64,000 nt of DNA from Bdellovibrionales bacterium (GTDB lineage Bacteria > Bdellovibrionota > Bdellovibrionia > Bdellovibrionales > UBA1609): positions 672,001 through 736,000 of the forward strand of contig CBDHDF010000002.1 of NCBI GenBank assembly GCA_965261545.1, given 5' to 3'. Position numbers and translations under genes: made by a program. A model generated the notes under the pieces. The model had not been told where the DNA came from, did not search any database, and saw only the letters and a list, made by a program, of their open reading frames with translations. This document shows, one piece after another, positions 55,131 through 64,000 of this stretch; position 1 is the first letter of the stretch; each line of letters opens with the position of its first letter.

Positions 55131-57764
55131 GTGACTAAAAAGCTAGTTATTGTTGAGTCACCCACCAAGGCGCGTACAATACGCAAGTTCTTAGGTGAAA
55201 ATTTCATTATTGAATCTTGTATGGGTCATGTGCGAGACCTACCTCAGTCAGCCAAAGAAATTCCCGAAAAATTTAAAAAGGAAAAATGGGCCTCACTAGG
55301 TGTCAATGTCGATAAAGAGTTTGAACCCATCTATTGCATTCCCAAAAACAAGACAAAGGTTGTCAAAGAACTCAAAGCCAAACTCAAAGAAGTTGATGAA
55401 CTCATTCTTGCCACGGATGAAGATCGCGAGGGAGAGAGTATTAGCTGGCACCTCTTGGAAGTTTTAAAGCCCAAGGTTCCCTGCCGGCGTATGGTCTTTC
55501 ATGAAATCACAGAAACAGCCATAGTAAAGGCCCTGAAGGAATCCCGCCACGTGGACTACAACCTTGTTCGCGCTCAAGAGGCACGTCGTATTCTCGATCG
55601 CTTGGTCGGCTATACCATTTCTCCTCTGCTTTGGAAAAAAGTGGCCTATGGACTCTCCGCAGGACGAGTCCAATCCGTGGCTGTCCGCCTCATTTCAGAG
55701 AGAGAGCACGAGAGAATTAGGTTTAAAAAATCCTCCTACTGGGGCCTTCTCGGGAAGGCTGAAAAAAATAAAGTCAAGTTTGATACCAAGATGCTTAGCT
55801 ACAAGGGGCAAAAAGTTGCCATTGGTAAGGACTTCAATAGCCAAACAGGACAACTTTTTGAAAACAAAAAAGACCAGGTGGTTCACTTGGACGAGACCTT
55901 GGCTCAAAACTTAGTCGCAGAGCTTAAATCTGAGTCTTGGCTCGTATCCCAAGTTCAAGAAAAACCTATTTCACGCAAACCCGCTCCGCCCTTTATCACT
56001 TCCACCCTTCAACAAGAAGCTAATCGCAAACTGGGGTTAAGCACCCAGGAGACCATGAGTATCGCACAAAAACTCTACGAGCGTGGTTTTATCAGTTATA
56101 TGAGAACAGACTCCACCAACCTTTCAGAGCAAGCTCTTCAAGCAGCCAGGGCTTCCATTGAAAATCTATATGGCCCCACATACTTGCCTCAAAATCCACG
56201 CCTATACAATACGAAAAAATCCAAGGGGGCCCAGGAAGCCCATGAAGCCATTCGTCCCTCGGGGGATGAATTTAAAAAACCAGACCAGTCGGGTCTTACA
56301 GGAACTTCCATGGCTCTTTACGACCTCATTTGGAAGAGAACTGTGGCTAGCCAAATGAAGAATTCGGAGCACAAACAAATAAGTGTTCAGTTTAAAGTGG
56401 GAGAGGCCATTTTTGCCTCCTATGGAATCACTATTGAATTTCCAGGTTTTCTCAAAGCCTATGTGGAGGGAAGAGACGACCCCGAAGCAGCTTTGGACAA
56501 CAGAGAGGTCCACTTACCAAAAATGTCCCAGGGGGACCAAGTGATATGCCACAACTTGAAACCCACTTCCCATGAAACCAAACCCCCTGCCAGGTACACA
56601 GAGGCCTCATTGGTTAGCACCATGGAAAAGGAGGGGGTGGGCCGTCCCTCCACCTACGCTGCCGTTATCAGTACCATTCAAAACCGAGGTTATATTAAAA
56701 AGCTAGGAAATGCTTTGACTCCAACTTTTACAGCTCTTGTCGTGTCAAAGCTGCTTAATTCCCACCTTCCCAACTATGTGGACACAGGCTTTACATCAGA
56801 GATGGAAAAGTCCCTAGATGATATTGCCCAAGGAGTGCGACTATGGGATGACTATTTGGCGAGCATTTACTTTGGCGATGAAGGGCTTAGGAGCCTTGTG
56901 AACAAACAAGAAAGTCTCATTGACCCCGAAGTGTCTCGCTCTATTGAGCTTGAGGGACTCAAAGGCTTGAGTTTTAAAGTGGGACGCTATGGAGCCTACG
57001 TTTGTCGCTTTGACGAATCCGCTCAAAAAGAGGTCTGTGCATCTTTACCTGAGAGCTGTTTTCCAGGAGATATTTCTTTTGCTGACGCCAACAAACTTAT
57101 TGACCAAAAACTCAATGGGGCCGATGCCATTACAAAACACCCTGAAACGGGCCTTCCCATCTATGTGCTGACAGGGCGCTATGGCCCCTATGTGCAAATG
57201 GGTGAGAGCGAAGTAGAAAAGGGAGCTGAGAAGCCAAAACGTGTTTCCATCCCATCCAATATAGATTACGAAAAGATCACAGTGGACCAAACTCTTAAGC
57301 TCTTGGAACTCCCAAAGACCTTGGGTCAGCACCCCGATACAAGTAAGCCTGTCAAAGTGGGGCTCGGTCGCTTTGGCCCCTATGTGGTTCACGACGGCGA
57401 CTTCCGGTCCATTTCAGGGACAGATTCCTTGTTTGACATGACTTTTGACAGATCCATGGAATTGCTGAGCCTACCCAAAAAGGGTCGAGGACAATCTCAA
57501 CCCCTCAAAGAGTTGGGAGAGCACCCTGAAACGGGTGACCCCATAGCTATTTTAACGGGAAAGTATGGCCCCTATATCAAGTGTGGCAAAGTGAACGTCT
57601 CTCTTCCCGAAGGGGTCAAACCAGAGGATACGACCTTTCAACAAACCTTGGACCTGCTGGCCACCAAATTGACCACGAAGAAGAAATCCACAAAAAAGAA
57701 ATCTGGAGACGGAGCGAAAAAGTCTTCAAAAAAAAGAACTAGAGTCAAGTCTTCAAAAATATGA
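55131..57764 (+). CDS. topA: DNA topoisomerase I with C-terminal repeats and Lys-rich tail
   Basis: LVIVESP.K, ATDEDREGE, SAGRVQS, ISYMRTDS, QEAHEAIRP, GRPSTY; G[RK][YF]G[AP]Y repeats. Confidence 0.97.
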   Translation: MTKKLVIVESPTKARTIRKFLGENFIIESCMGHVRDLPQSAKEIPEKFKKEKWASLGVNVDKEFEPIYCIPKNKTKVVKELKAKLKEVDELILATDEDREGESISWHLLEVLKPKVPCRRMVFHEITETAIVKALKESRHVDYNLVRAQEARRILDRLVGYTISPLLWKKVAYGLSAGRVQSVAVRLISEREHERIRFKKSSYWGLLGKAEKNKVKFDTKMLSYKGQKVAIGKDFNSQTGQLFENKKDQVVHLDETLAQNLVAELKSESWLVSQVQEKPISRKPAPPFITSTLQQEANRKLGLSTQETMSIAQKLYERGFISYMRTDSTNLSEQALQAARASIENLYGPTYLPQNPRLYNTKKSKGAQEAHEAIRPSGDEFKKPDQSGLTGTSMALYDLIWKRTVASQMKNSEHKQISVQFKVGEAIFASYGITIEFPGFLKAYVEGRDDPEAALDNREVHLPKMSQGDQVICHNLKPTSHETKPPARYTEASLVSTMEKEGVGRPSTYAAVISTIQNRGYIKKLGNALTPTFTALVVSKLLNSHLPNYVDTGFTSEMEKSLDDIAQGVRLWDDYLASIYFGDEGLRSLVNKQESLIDPEVSRSIELEGLKGLSFKVGRYGAYVCRFDESAQKEVCASLPESCFPGDISFADANKLIDQKLNGADAITKHPETGLPIYVLTGRYGPYVQMGESEVEKGAEKPKRVSIPSNIDYEKITVDQTLKLLELPKTLGQHPDTSKPVKVGLGRFGPYVVHDGDFRSISGTDSLFDMTFDRSMELLSLPKKGRGQSQPLKELGEHPETGDPIAILTGKYGPYIKCGKVNVSLPEGVKPEDTTFQQTLDLLATKLTTKKKSTKKKSGDGAKKSSKKRTRVKSSKI

Positions 57765-57789
57765 ACCAGAGGAATTTGACCACCTGACC

Positions 57790-59046
57790 TTACTCCCCTT
57801 GGTCCCTCTTGAGTTCCAAAGACCTTTCTAAAACCTTGGATAGTATGAGAATACTATGCCCTTGGGAGAGGTATCGACCATTGACATAAATGGTGGGTGT
57901 TCCTTCAATTTTTGCTTTTTTACCACTTTCAATTTGGGCTAAAAGAGTATCTTGGGTTTCCACAGAATCCATACAAGCTTTGAGTTTTTCCCAATCCAAC
58001 CCCCACTTAGTGATATAAACCTCGATAAGTTCATCCAATTGAGAAAGACTCTTCGACTTACGAAACTCCTCTTGCTTTTCAAAAACAATATCGTGGAAGG
58101 TCCACTTTTGAGTTTGCTGACCTGAACAGTGCACAGCCTTGGCGAGGCGACAACTCAAACCACGACCTCGCTGAATATTTTTATTGCAAACTCCATCTAG
58201 AGGAAAGTTGTAAAACTCAAAGCGCACTTGGGGGTGGGCCAAGGCAAAAATCTTTAAAGAAGATGCGGCCCTTTGACAGTGAGAACAAAAGAAATCTGCA
58301 AACTCCACCACCGTCATATCTGCTTGATCTCCAGGAGGCCCCTTGGTTAGAGATGGGGAGAAAAACTCAAAGGGAGGTTGAGTCATCCACCGGTTTATAG
58401 ACTGAGCCACGACAACATCAGGTTTTGCACGACGACTCCAGTGCTTGGAAAACAGACTATGGTGCATCAAAAATACAAAGACTGGCACCAGTGCAAGCAT
58501 GATAGAAACACCCCTAGAGTGTGTCCAAAGTCCCCTCAGTCCCTCTTTTATTGTTATTCTTTCAAGACTTTTTCCCCCTTTATGATCCCCCTTTCCTTCA
58601 CTTGGGGCTTGGGTTTGAGCTTTCCATAAAGTGAAAAGGGTGAGAAAAGAAAGCCCATAGGCTGCGATACAGTAAAGGCAATAGCTGGTGAGTTGAGTGA
58701 TGGAAATACCGAGCATGACAACGGACGTCATGGCTATCAACCCACTGAGCCAAAGGCTGTACCGCCTCACATAAGCAGGATTTCCCACCAATCCTAAGAG
58801 CAAAAAAGAAACAAGAAAAAACAAGACGACATGAGTCACCCCCCCAAAAAGAGCAATGGGTATATTCATAAATGCAGCAAAGGAGCTTAAAGCAACAGCA
58901 TCACAGTTAAAAGCCGCACTGATACTGCAGTGGCTTTGCTCCACATTGGGGCCGAAATTAATACGATAATAATGGAGCGTTAGGTAGGTGTGAATACCAA
59001 TACTTAGGAGGATCAACACAAGAGATAGCTTAAGGTATTTATTCAT
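57790..59046 (-). CDS. VKOR-family membrane domain fused to DsbA-like thioredoxin
   Basis: C.IS..FNCD.V..S and CLYC (VKOR); EFADFFCSHC and GTPT (DsbA). Confidence 0.9.
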   Translation of the reverse strand: MNKYLKLSLVLILLSIGIHTYLTLHYYRINFGPNVEQSHCSISAAFNCDAVALSSFAAFMNIPIALFGGVTHVVLFFLVSFLLLGLVGNPAYVRRYSLWLSGLIAMTSVVMLGISITQLTSYCLYCIAAYGLSFLTLFTLWKAQTQAPSEGKGDHKGGKSLERITIKEGLRGLWTHSRGVSIMLALVPVFVFLMHHSLFSKHWSRRAKPDVVVAQSINRWMTQPPFEFFSPSLTKGPPGDQADMTVVEFADFFCSHCQRAASSLKIFALAHPQVRFEFYNFPLDGVCNKNIQRGRGLSCRLAKAVHCSGQQTQKWTFHDIVFEKQEEFRKSKSLSQLDELIEVYITKWGLDWEKLKACMDSVETQDTLLAQIESGKKAKIEGTPTIYVNGRYLSQGHSILILSKVLERSLELKRDQGE

Positions 59047-59139
59047 TTTAAACTCCTCATCACCATTTTAATCACCACAAAGCTTTTCATTACAAGCGTT
59101 TCTTTATCACCATCACCACGGAGAAGTCAAAAGAAGTCA

Positions 59140-60336
59140 TTGGACGAAATTCAAACATTGTGGCAGACTCTAGTTATGATTTTGCTTATCGCCACCTTCA
59201 TAACTCCTCTCATAGCCTCTTTGGCCCTAGGGGGCCAACTCCAAGCTCAGCCCTCCGGCAGGTCCACCAGCGGTCGCAGGAGCCACGTCTACAAAGTGCA
59301 AGAAAAAGCCTTTTCCCTGGCCACTCAAGAGGGGGACCGTCTTTTTGTGAAGGGCTTTTATGGAAAACTAAAATTGGTGGGAAAATCTCAATCCCAAAAA
59401 GTTTCTTTGAGAGTGATTCAAAGAACCTCACCAGAATCGTCAAAATCATCTTTGCCAAAATCAAAATCCACCGGGGGGACAGAAGAAGCAAGGTTTCCTC
59501 CTAGGCTGCGGCCACCAACAAACTTGTCATCAAGAGAAAGGGAGTGGACTTTTTCCTTTCAAAAGTTGGGCCGACAAATTGAGTTTCAAGTGAGGGAGCC
59601 ACAGGGTCATTCAGATTGGAACTTTGCCAAAGGCCCTTTGCAGATTCCCCGTTTTGAGTTGGTTATAGAAGCCCCCCCCATGGTGGCAGAAATCTATTGG
59701 CAAAAAGCAACAGTGAATGTTCAAAACTGGAAGTCAGATTTAATGATGGGTCTAGGAGAGGGGCAAGTAAAGACCTCTCGTGGAAAAGGAGCCTACAAAA
59801 TCCGCCTCCACAAGGGGAGCTTAGAAGTAACATCCCACCAAGGTGATTTGGATTTAGATACCTACAAAGGAAACATACGTATTTTTAATAGTTCACCCAC
59901 GGTGAACCTTGAAAACTTTGCAGGCACCAACCACCTTGAAAAAGTCTCTGGAAATATTCAACTCACGAGCTACATAGGCTCCACTCAAATCTCCCATGGG
60001 CAAGGAGAAGTGGAATTTAAAAATATAAAATCATCCATAAAAATAAAGGACTTTGAAGGATCGATTCGAGGAAAATCTTCCCAAGGAGTTGTGAGAATCT
60101 CCCTTGTGGGACAAGCAAAAGTTCACATTGACAATGGATCGGGAAATGTTCATCTTTACGCCCCCAAGTCAGGAGCCGAAGTGAACCTTGGCACTATGAG
60201 AGGAGGCATTTACGCACCATCATTTCTTGGGAGAAGCACTTTGGCTCATATGAAAATAAGACAAGGGCGACTCAAAGGTCAGCGCCCAGGCAACATCTAC
60301 ATTCGCACCCAATCGGGAAAAATATTCTTACAGTGA
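59140..60336 (+). CDS. Exported beta-strand-repeat (DUF4097/adhesin-like) protein
   Basis: Signal-like N-terminus; repeated G.[IV].[IL] beta strands ending IRTQSGKIFL. Confidence 0.7.
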   Translation: MDEIQTLWQTLVMILLIATFITPLIASLALGGQLQAQPSGRSTSGRRSHVYKVQEKAFSLATQEGDRLFVKGFYGKLKLVGKSQSQKVSLRVIQRTSPESSKSSLPKSKSTGGTEEARFPPRLRPPTNLSSREREWTFSFQKLGRQIEFQVREPQGHSDWNFAKGPLQIPRFELVIEAPPMVAEIYWQKATVNVQNWKSDLMMGLGEGQVKTSRGKGAYKIRLHKGSLEVTSHQGDLDLDTYKGNIRIFNSSPTVNLENFAGTNHLEKVSGNIQLTSYIGSTQISHGQGEVEFKNIKSSIKIKDFEGSIRGKSSQGVVRISLVGQAKVHIDNGSGNVHLYAPKSGAEVNLGTMRGGIYAPSFLGRSTLAHMKIRQGRLKGQRPGNIYIRTQSGKIFLQ

Positions 60337-60584
60337 GTGACCTTCAAGTTCTATTCTCGCAACTTTTAGCCCCCGACGATGACTCCCACTTTGGAGACTC
60401 CAGCAATGAAAAAGTACGCTCGCCCCGGCGACAATAACGCATTGAGTTATAAAATATGGATTTCTCTCTTTCTACGACTTCTTCTTTATGCTACAACCGC
60501 AAGTATCTTGCTCGTTTAAGCTATTTGGATTTTTTTTTAAGCTGTTAATAATAAATATGAAAACAACATAGGGGGGGGTATCGT

Positions 60585-62312
60585 ATGAGTATCAAAGGTC
60601 ATGGGAAAGGTAGTATGTTTTATCAAGGACAAAAGCCTAAATCCCACATAAGTCGCTGTAAATCCATTTTCTATTGCTGTAAGTCTATTTTTCAAGGACT
60701 CCTTGGACTGATTGTGATCTCTCTACCAGTTGCATATGCACACAGTTTCTCCTTAGACATCTTGATCACAGATCACCAAAAAGTACCTGTGGGTCATGCC
60801 AAAGTTCTTTTCGGTCCCGAAAAAGGAGTGCCATTTTCTAATAATCTACTGATTTCTCAAAACGATGGGACCTTATCACCCCCTTTAGGGTGGTGGCGTC
60901 AAAATACATCCCTCCCCATCACCATTGACTCCACGGACCATATTCTTGCCACCTACATCACAGACTCTCAACGCGAGTCCTTCTATGTCACCGACCTTGA
61001 TCACAAGGAGTTAATACCCATTAAGGGCCAGGTGACAGGCTATCGTTCTCTGAGAGACTTTGATGAAAAAGTCGACTTTAGCTTGGTGCTAAGTTCTTTA
61101 AAACGAAGCCATTTGCTGCACTTTGATATCTCTCGCCTATGGAGTCCTGAAAATGATGTTCTGAAGTTTCCTCTCAGGGTTAAATTGAAAGTTCCAAGCA
61201 ATTTGTCTCTTCCAAATCAAAAAGAATCCTACGGAATTTTCACTTTAAACTTCAATAAACCCTCTTATAGGCATTTTACCCATCAACATGGACCTCAAAA
61301 AGTTTTAGCTCTCCATGGCCGCTTTCCACTCAAAACAATCATCGATGGTTACCGAGAGAAGAAATCTTTTTTGAAACTTATCAATCACTTTAAATTTTTA
61401 GGGGGTGGGTCTCTAGATGTGGATGTTCAAGGGGCCTTGATGAACCAAAATATATCTACTGACCAGTGGAAGTTGAGAGCAAAGCACTCCGTGCATGCCC
61501 CTCACTATGGGGACAACCTCACCATGTTCACCTTTTCAATCCAAGAAGCGGATAGGGGACATTTTTTTCCCATGGATGTCAAATGGGTAGCCAGTGGCCA
61601 AGCCCAAGACCTAAGATTTCTCAAGTCGACCGCAAAGCCCCAATATGTTCTCTCCATACTTATGGGTAAGGATGAGAAAAAAAATACTAAGAGACCTCTC
61701 ATTCTTGACCAAATATCTTTAAATTTCGATGAAGCAAAACCTCAAAATCGCCCTATATTTTTAAATATGATACCCCCTCCGCAGCTTCATATTTCCGATT
61801 CCACTTTGACCTTAAATCCACCAACAGTTGTCAAGGACGTCGCCCCCCTTGGAACCTATGTGGCTCTCTCCGCTGTCAACCCCAATTCTGTAAAATCTAC
61901 TGACCATTCCGATTCTTCAGACTGCTCAAATTCAGATTTGAATGAGAAATTCAATCATGAGTTCATAGAATATGATCTGCATAATTATGAGAAGCTGATG
62001 ATGATGAACAATGACATGATGGACGATAATGACAATCATACAGACTCCTCGACCACTCTATGCTTTGGTTTATCAACACAAAATCTAAAAAATAACCTCA
62101 AATCATCCCCTCCACTTTGGGAGATTTTTAACGATGGATGGGTTTCAGAGATCAAACTTCCTAAAATACCCTTCCAAAAATTTAGTGGCCAAGGAAAAAA
62201 ATACAAGTGGACAGTGATTTATTTGGGAGGCCCGCAAGTGCCTGAAGATAGATCATGGACGTTGAACGATGTTTCTCATATCACACGAAATTCCATTGAA
62301 GTTGAAATGTAA
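60585..62312 (+). CDS. Hypothetical exported protein with Asp/Asn/Ser-rich insertion
   Basis: 575-codon ORF, signal-like segment ending AYA-H. Confidence 0.7.
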   Translation: MSIKGHGKGSMFYQGQKPKSHISRCKSIFYCCKSIFQGLLGLIVISLPVAYAHSFSLDILITDHQKVPVGHAKVLFGPEKGVPFSNNLLISQNDGTLSPPLGWWRQNTSLPITIDSTDHILATYITDSQRESFYVTDLDHKELIPIKGQVTGYRSLRDFDEKVDFSLVLSSLKRSHLLHFDISRLWSPENDVLKFPLRVKLKVPSNLSLPNQKESYGIFTLNFNKPSYRHFTHQHGPQKVLALHGRFPLKTIIDGYREKKSFLKLINHFKFLGGGSLDVDVQGALMNQNISTDQWKLRAKHSVHAPHYGDNLTMFTFSIQEADRGHFFPMDVKWVASGQAQDLRFLKSTAKPQYVLSILMGKDEKKNTKRPLILDQISLNFDEAKPQNRPIFLNMIPPPQLHISDSTLTLNPPTVVKDVAPLGTYVALSAVNPNSVKSTDHSDSSDCSNSDLNEKFNHEFIEYDLHNYEKLMMMNNDMMDDNDNHTDSSTTLCFGLSTQNLKNNLKSSPPLWEIFNDGWVSEIKLPKIPFQKFSGQGKKYKWTVIYLGGPQVPEDRSWTLNDVSHITRNSIEVEM

Positions 62313-62823
62313 CTTTATTCTATTGGAATGTCGTATTTTTATTCTATGGATATGGATCCTTTTTTCTCTTGGGGGGTGTAGTTTCTTACCTCCCCAAGAA
62401 AGTCATATTAAAGTTCCTGTGGAGAAAGTCTTCCATGCAAAGTTCGACCATGTCTGGCGAGCCACCCAACTTGCCCTGAAAAGTTATCCCATAAAACAAA
62501 GTCACATCGATCGGGGTCTTATCACAACGGATTTTATAAAAGGCCCACACATTTGGTCACCACCCTACGTCAAAAAGGAGCCAAGTCAGGGTCTCCGTTC
62601 TCAACTCAAAGTGAAATTGAGTCGAGGACAGGCCCAAGGTCACCCCGTGACACGTGTGACTATTTTTAAGGCTCTTTCCATAAAAAGAGACTTTTTCTCT
62701 GACAATGAAACAATTTCCAGTGATGGCATGGAAGAATCAGCCCTTTTATACCGAATAGAACGAGAATTAAAAATAGATAAGGCCTTGGAAAGACTCCAGA
62801 AAAGATCAGTCACACCTCACTGA
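62269..62823 (+). CDS. Hypothetical lipoprotein (possible BamC/helix-grip-like)
   Basis: LGGC lipobox; FDHVWRATQLALKSYPI...D.GLITTD; true start probably downstream. Confidence 0.65.
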   Translation: MFLISHEIPLKLKCNFILLECRIFILWIWILFSLGGCSFLPPQESHIKVPVEKVFHAKFDHVWRATQLALKSYPIKQSHIDRGLITTDFIKGPHIWSPPYVKKEPSQGLRSQLKVKLSRGQAQGHPVTRVTIFKALSIKRDFFSDNETISSDGMEESALLYRIERELKIDKALERLQKRSVTPH

Positions 62824-63083
62824 TCATCCACCCACCATCATACCACAAGTGACGGCTAAGGGTGCAGAAAGACCCATGGATGAAATAAAAAACTAAGAAC
62901 CACTTGACGAACCCCCGATGGAACACAGATTAAGCAGAGAAGATAGCTCTCACTTCTTTGGCTGTATAAATGCGCAAGAGACAGAGCCGTCCCTCAAAAA
63001 AGCAACAAAAGAAGTTACTGAAAGTTTTGAATAAAAAATTTTGAACGAAAGAAACGAAAGAAACGAAAGAGAGGAGCATCGTT

Positions 63084-64000
63084 ATGGGTAAAATCATTGG
63101 AATAGACCTTGGGACAACCAATTCTTGTTTGTCCATTATGGAGGGTGGAGAGCCCAAAGTTCTCGTCAATGAAGAAGGAACGCGTACAACCCCATCGGTT
63201 GTCGCCTTTACAAAAGATGATGAAAAGCTCGTGGGGCAAATGGCCAAGCGTCAAGCTGTGACCAATCCAGAAAATACTATTTTTTCTGCCAAGCGCTTCA
63301 TTGGCCGTCGCTTTGAAGAACTCAAAGATGAAATCAACTTAGTTCCCTATAAGGTCATTAAAAAAAGCAATGATGACTGCGCCTTTGAGGTTCAGGGAGA
63401 TACAGTCACCCCCGAAGAAATATCTGCCTTTATTTTGCGTAAACTTAAAAAAGTGGCCGAAGACTACTTGGGAGAAGAGGTCACAGAGGCTGTGGTCACA
63501 GTTCCCGCCTACTTCAACGACTCTCAGCGTCAAGCTACCAAAGACGCAGGAAAAATTTCCGGACTGGATGTGAAAAGAATCATCAATGAACCCACAGCAG
63601 CGGCCTTGGCCTATGGATTGGACAAAAAAACCGATCAAAAAATTGCCATCTATGATTTTGGTGGAGGAACATTTGATATCTCTATTCTCGAAGTTGGTGA
63701 CAATATCGTGGAGGTTAAATCCACCAATGGTGATACCCAGTTGGGTGGAGACAATTTTGATACTAAAATTTTGGAGTGGTTGATTACAGAGTTTAAAAAA
63801 GATCAAGGTATTGACCTTAAAAGTGATAAAATGGCTCTTCAGCGCCTCAAAGAAGCCGCAGAGAAAGCTAAGATTGAACTCAGCCTTCGTCAAGAAACTG
63901 AAATCAACCTCCCTTTTATCACAGCAGACGCCTCGGGTCCTAAACATCTGCACTTGAAACTAAGTCGAGCAAAATTTGAACAAATGTGTGAAGAACTTAT
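63084..64000 (+). CDS. dnaK: Chaperone DnaK, partial (runs off window end; not in ORF track)
   Basis: [73 protein letters not shown]. Confidence 0.98.
   Translation, partial: MGKIIGIDLGTTNSCLSIMEGGEPKVLVNEEGTRTTPSVVAFTKDDEKLVGQMAKRQAVTNPENTIFSAKRFIGRRFEELKDEINLVPYKVIKKSNDDCAFEVQGDTVTPEEISAFILRKLKKVAEDYLGEEVTEAVVTVPAYFNDSQRQATKDAGKISGLDVKRIINEPTAAALAYGLDKKTDQKIAIYDFGGGTFDISILEVGDNIVEVKSTNGDTQLGGDNFDTKILEWLITEFKKDQGIDLKSDKMALQRLKEAAEKAKIELSLRQETEINLPFITADASGPKHLHLKLSRAKFEQMCEEL

Noticed and set aside
62880..63083. CIRCE or sigma32 element upstream of dnaK
   Set aside because: No TTAGCACTC-N9-GAGTGCTAA and no correctly spaced CTTGA/CCCCAT; only a 9-bp tandem repeat

Overview
This is a 64-kb chromosomal window, most likely from a Bdellovibrionota (Bdellovibrionales-like) bacterium. 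That assignment is an inference from the fni-mvaA-pmk-mvaD-mvk mevalonate cluster, spoVG, TopA with C-terminal repeats, a VKOR-DsbA fusion and sigma28-type promoters. Core genes (pyk, argS, pdp/punA, topA, start of dnaK) are interleaved with many mobile elements. These are a partial IS4-family element at the window start, whose other end recurs at 43.5 kb, an intact IS1634 inside a rhuM-like fragment, two full 1889-bp IS256-family copies plus a truncated third, and remnants of IS200, ISAzo13 and a second IS1634. The 17-28.5 kb segment is a decayed integrative/defence island carrying an AbiE type IV TA pair, excisionase and integrase remnants, and a TM0106 nuclease-helicase coupled to a PIF1-like helicase. 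The window also holds an orphan PomA/MotA, a 2318-aa five-module DUF285/BspA-like surface protein and a GC-rich DUF1611 + racemase islet. The most unusual feature is the ~610-bp tail of the IS256 element. It contains two tandem hairpin+U-tract units facing an unannotated 50-codon single-TM ORF, and the truncated copy has lost exactly that TM segment by an in-frame deletion. This suggests a possible type-I-TA-like or sRNA cargo module. No CRISPR array, tRNA or rRNA was recognised.
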